A stretch of DNA of 64,000 nucleotides from Candidatus Poribacteria bacterium (GTDB lineage Bacteria > Poribacteria > WGA-4E > PCPOR2b), in NCBI GenBank assembly GCA_965215015.1, contig OZ244042.1, positions 3,712,001-3,776,000 of the forward strand, read 5' to 3'. Of the stretch, positions 61,151 to 64,000 are shown in pieces. The notes beneath the pieces were generated by a model, which ran no database searches, had not been told where the DNA came from, and saw only the letters and a list, made by a program, of their open reading frames with translations. The translations under genes were made by a program, and so were the position numbers. The number at the start of each line of letters is the position of its first letter. Position 1 is the first letter of the stretch.

Positions 61151-63250
61151 TTGATGATGTTTTACCGTGCTTTTTGTATTTTTAGTGTCGTTGTCGTTTT
61201 CTTTTGGATCCATCTCCTACCAGCGTTAGGGGTGACGACCCAGATTTGGGAACAACAGCACCAAAAGGATTTTGAATCTGGCAAGCTCGAAAATGTTTCG
61301 GTCTCAAGTAAGGGTGCGCTGATGTTGGCTCCTAAATTGGAGGCTTTCTTTGAAGATACTCAAGAGATATACGTTTGGTGTCTCGCCGAGGATTCCAAAG
61401 GAAACATCTACGCGGGCACCGGCAATGCGGGCAAAATTTATCGGATGACTCCTGAGGGTGAACCGTCGCTCTTTTATGATTCGCCAGAGGTTTCAATCTT
61501 GACGTTGGCTATTGATTCCAATGACAACATTTATGCCGGTACAGCCCCCGACGGATTAATCTACAAGCTCACTGACGATAGCACCCCGCCGACAACGATT
61601 CTTAGTTCGGAGGAGAGGTATGTTTGGGCGATGACCTTTGATGATGCAGGAAATCTATATGCGGCGACCGGAACCAATGGAAAAATTTACAAGATTATGC
61701 CCGACGGACAGACCAGTGTCCTCTTTGATTCCGACGAGCGTAACCTTTTATGCCTACTCTATCATAACGGGATGCTGTATGCGGGCAGCGATGGCAAAGG
61801 GACTATCTATAGTGTCAAAACAGTGGACGGTGCGGCCACCGTGATTTACCAAACCGGGCAGAAAGAGGTGCGTAGGCTTGTTATTGGGCCGCAGGGGCTA
61901 ATTTACGCTGGAACCATCACAACAGCAGCACCGCAGCCCGGCGGTCCGCCATCACCGCCTACCGGTCCGTCCCCTCCTAGGGGGCGTAACGCTGAAGAAA
62001 AGAAGTCAAGGGTCTATCAGATTCAGCCGGATGGCATCGTGTCTGTTATGTGGGAGGTGCCCGATCCCTTGATTTTGTCGATGGCATTTGATTCGGAGGA
62101 TGGACTTTATATCGGTACAGGCGATAGTGGTAAATTGTACTGGGTCAACGCGGCGGGCGATTCTGTCTTAAAGGGCAAATGTAGTGCGAGCCAGATTCTG
62201 GCGCTGCACCGCACGGCAAATTCAGATCGGTTCCTGCTTGCTACGGGGAATCCTGGAAAAATCTTTGAATTGAAATCGGATTATCTTGCCGAGGGGACCC
62301 TTGAATCCAAGGCATACGATACGAAGATTGTTTCTCGCTGGGGTAAGTTGTCGTGGGAGGGCGTTACGCCGGAAGGAACGGCGATCTCTTTTGCCACCCG
62401 GACTGGCAACACAGAGCAACCAAATAGCATGTGGAAGGATTGGTCAGAAGAATTGACGGCTCCTGAAGCATCCCAAATTACCAGTCCTCCCGCCCGGTAT
62501 ATTCAGTGGCGCGCCAAGCTCACAACGGGTGTGGCTTCTGCGACGCCTGTCCTCAAAAAAGTAACCGTTGCGTCGGTTCAGTCCAATACCGAACCGCGAT
62601 TCACCTCGATTGAGGTTCGCCGGGGCGATGCTCCCGAGAGCCCCGGTCCGCCCAAAGGTGTTAGTATACCGAGGGAAAGTCGGGCCCCCTCCAATCCGGA
62701 GGGAGATAGTACAAAATATACTGCCGCGTGGAAGGTGAAGGACGAAAATGGTGATACCTTACAGTTTAACGTCTATTACAAGGGGGTTGATGAGACGAAT
62801 TGGAAGCTTCTTAAAAAGGAGTTGAAGAAGAGCACCCATGCTTGGGATAGTACCTCAATGTCCGACGGGCGTTACGTCATCAAAGTCAGTGCGACGGACA
62901 AACTCAGCAATCCGCCCAATTTTGCGAAGTCTACCGAGAAGATTAGTGCCCCCTTTGATATTGATAACAGCCAACCGATGGTCACTGGTATAACTGCGAC
63001 AGTGAATGAAGATCGGACCTATCAGATTTCCTGTACGGCGGCAGACTCGTCCGGTTACATCCAGAAAGCGGTCTACAAAATCGACAGCGATGAGGAGTGG
63101 CAGGTCATCTTCCCTGACGATGGCATCTTTGACTCGAAGCGTGAAACCTTGCTACTTCATACCAACCCCCTCCCAGCCGGTGAGCACACCATCACCATTC
63201 GCGTCACCGATGCGGCGGGGAACACGGGTGTTGGGCGGGCGACATTTTAG
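61151..63250 (+). CDS. Secreted beta-propeller protein with C-terminal Ig/FN3-like domains
   Basis: Repeated D..GN.YAGT..GKIY blades, a Pro-rich linker, DGRYVIKVSATD and GEHTITIRVTDAAGN. Confidence 0.82.
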   Translation: MMMFYRAFCIFSVVVVFFWIHLLPALGVTTQIWEQQHQKDFESGKLENVSVSSKGALMLAPKLEAFFEDTQEIYVWCLAEDSKGNIYAGTGNAGKIYRMTPEGEPSLFYDSPEVSILTLAIDSNDNIYAGTAPDGLIYKLTDDSTPPTTILSSEERYVWAMTFDDAGNLYAATGTNGKIYKIMPDGQTSVLFDSDERNLLCLLYHNGMLYAGSDGKGTIYSVKTVDGAATVIYQTGQKEVRRLVIGPQGLIYAGTITTAAPQPGGPPSPPTGPSPPRGRNAEEKKSRVYQIQPDGIVSVMWEVPDPLILSMAFDSEDGLYIGTGDSGKLYWVNAAGDSVLKGKCSASQILALHRTANSDRFLLATGNPGKIFELKSDYLAEGTLESKAYDTKIVSRWGKLSWEGVTPEGTAISFATRTGNTEQPNSMWKDWSEELTAPEASQITSPPARYIQWRAKLTTGVASATPVLKKVTVASVQSNTEPRFTSIEVRRGDAPESPGPPKGVSIPRESRAPSNPEGDSTKYTAAWKVKDENGDTLQFNVYYKGVDETNWKLLKKELKKSTHAWDSTSMSDGRYVIKVSATDKLSNPPNFAKSTEKISAPFDIDNSQPMVTGITATVNEDRTYQISCTAADSSGYIQKAVYKIDSDEEWQVIFPDDGIFDSKRETLLLHTNPLPAGEHTITIRVTDAAGNTGVGRATF

Positions 63251-63289
63251 TTTATTGGTTCATTTGTCAATAACCCCCTTACCCCGCTA

Positions 63290-63660
63290 AGAACCCCACC
63301 CCTAACCCCTCCCCGCAAGCGGGGAGGGGAAAGGGCCCGCAAGCGGGGAGGGGAAAGGGCCCGCAAGCGGGGAGGGGAAAGGGCCCGCAAGCGGGGAGGG
63401 GCCATTCCACAGCTTGTGTGGTAGGTGAAATCTAACAAGCCACGCGCAATGAATTGCGCGACTACGAACTGGATTTAGGAACTTAATAAGGGAGTTTGTA
63501 AGGGGGGAGGGGAGGAACCTAAGAATCCCACCGAACCTAAGAACCCTACCCAACCTAAGAACCCCACCCCTAACCCCTCCCCGCAAGCGGGGAGGGGAAA
63601 GGGCCCGCAAGTGGGGAGGGAGGACAAGGAGGGTATTTAGTGGGGAGGGGAAAAGGGCCG
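63290..63660. repeat. 24-bp GC-rich tandem repeat plus REP mosaic
   Basis: CCCGCAAGCGGGGAGGGGAAAGGG at 63312, 63336, 63360 and 63384 (partial), and again at about 63579. Confidence 0.9.
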
Positions 63661-63940
63661 GGTGGGTATTCGGGATTACCGCCCTCTATCCAAATACCCA
63701 TACGGTATCAGACCGTTCTAGGTTCAATGAGCCAGGACCTGACGGACAACCCACCGGGTATTTAGCAGGGGAAGGGCACGACGGAGCGTTCCTACTGCTA
63801 TTTCTCGCTTCCTTTGGGTTGGGAGTTGGGTTTCACGGTTCTCGTTCAACCCAACTCTGTTCGGAGAGTCTCTGACCTATATGCTGTTAAATGTCAACAC
63901 ACCCTAGTTCATTGGTTCATTTGTCAATGAGGAGAGCTTC

Positions 63941-64000
63941 ATGATTATTGATTCACACAGTCACGCCTGGCCGCGCTGGCCTTACCAACCCCCCGTCCCT
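63941..64000 (+). CDS. Amidohydrolase family protein, 5' end only (truncated by the window)
   Basis: GAGGAG RBS; MIIDSHSHAWPRWPY (DxHxH). Confidence 0.7.
   Translation, partial: MIIDSHSHAWPRWPYQPPVP

Noticed and set aside
63247-63610. Repeat-containing proteins (PPRLRALS / PSPLAGPF)
   Set aside because: These are translations of the 24-bp DNA tandem repeat.

Overview
Bacterial chromosomal window. The gene content suggests Candidatus Poribacteria or a relative (inference from the PhyH dioxygenase, the DUF6785-type transporter, secreted proteins ending V.P..KL..TWG.LK, a dockerin-like protein, a PorV-like barrel and very dense intergenic REP mosaics). 1.5-23 kb is a minus-strand run of housekeeping and metabolic genes (GT4, tsaE, purE, menG, kbl, thrC-like, GT2), four secreted proteins sharing a C-terminal TWG motif, and an XRE plus ImmA/IrrE pair. 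23.9-39.2 kb is a plus-strand operon: a 2491-aa M28-peptidase-like/LysM/FtsX permease fusion, two paralogous OPT-like transporters, a hypothetical protein, a stand-alone PqqD/RRE protein and a LolD/MacB-type ATPase. This operon is the best candidate for an uncharacterised peptide or envelope transport system. Near 50 kb lie tRNA-Gln, tRNA-Glu, a serine-recombinase remnant and two perfect DnaA boxes, where strand composition and gene orientation appear to flip (candidate oriC not linked to dnaA). 51-58 kb is an extended PspA/PH/YqiJ/flotillin/DUF151/PspA locus with two copies of a sigma54-like motif and a TnpB remnant. An S55 peptidase and beta-propeller pair follows. There are also several internally deleted or frameshifted pseudogenes, two MITE families and tandem repeat arrays. 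No CRISPR array or rRNA was seen. All family calls come from motif recognition by eye, not database searches.
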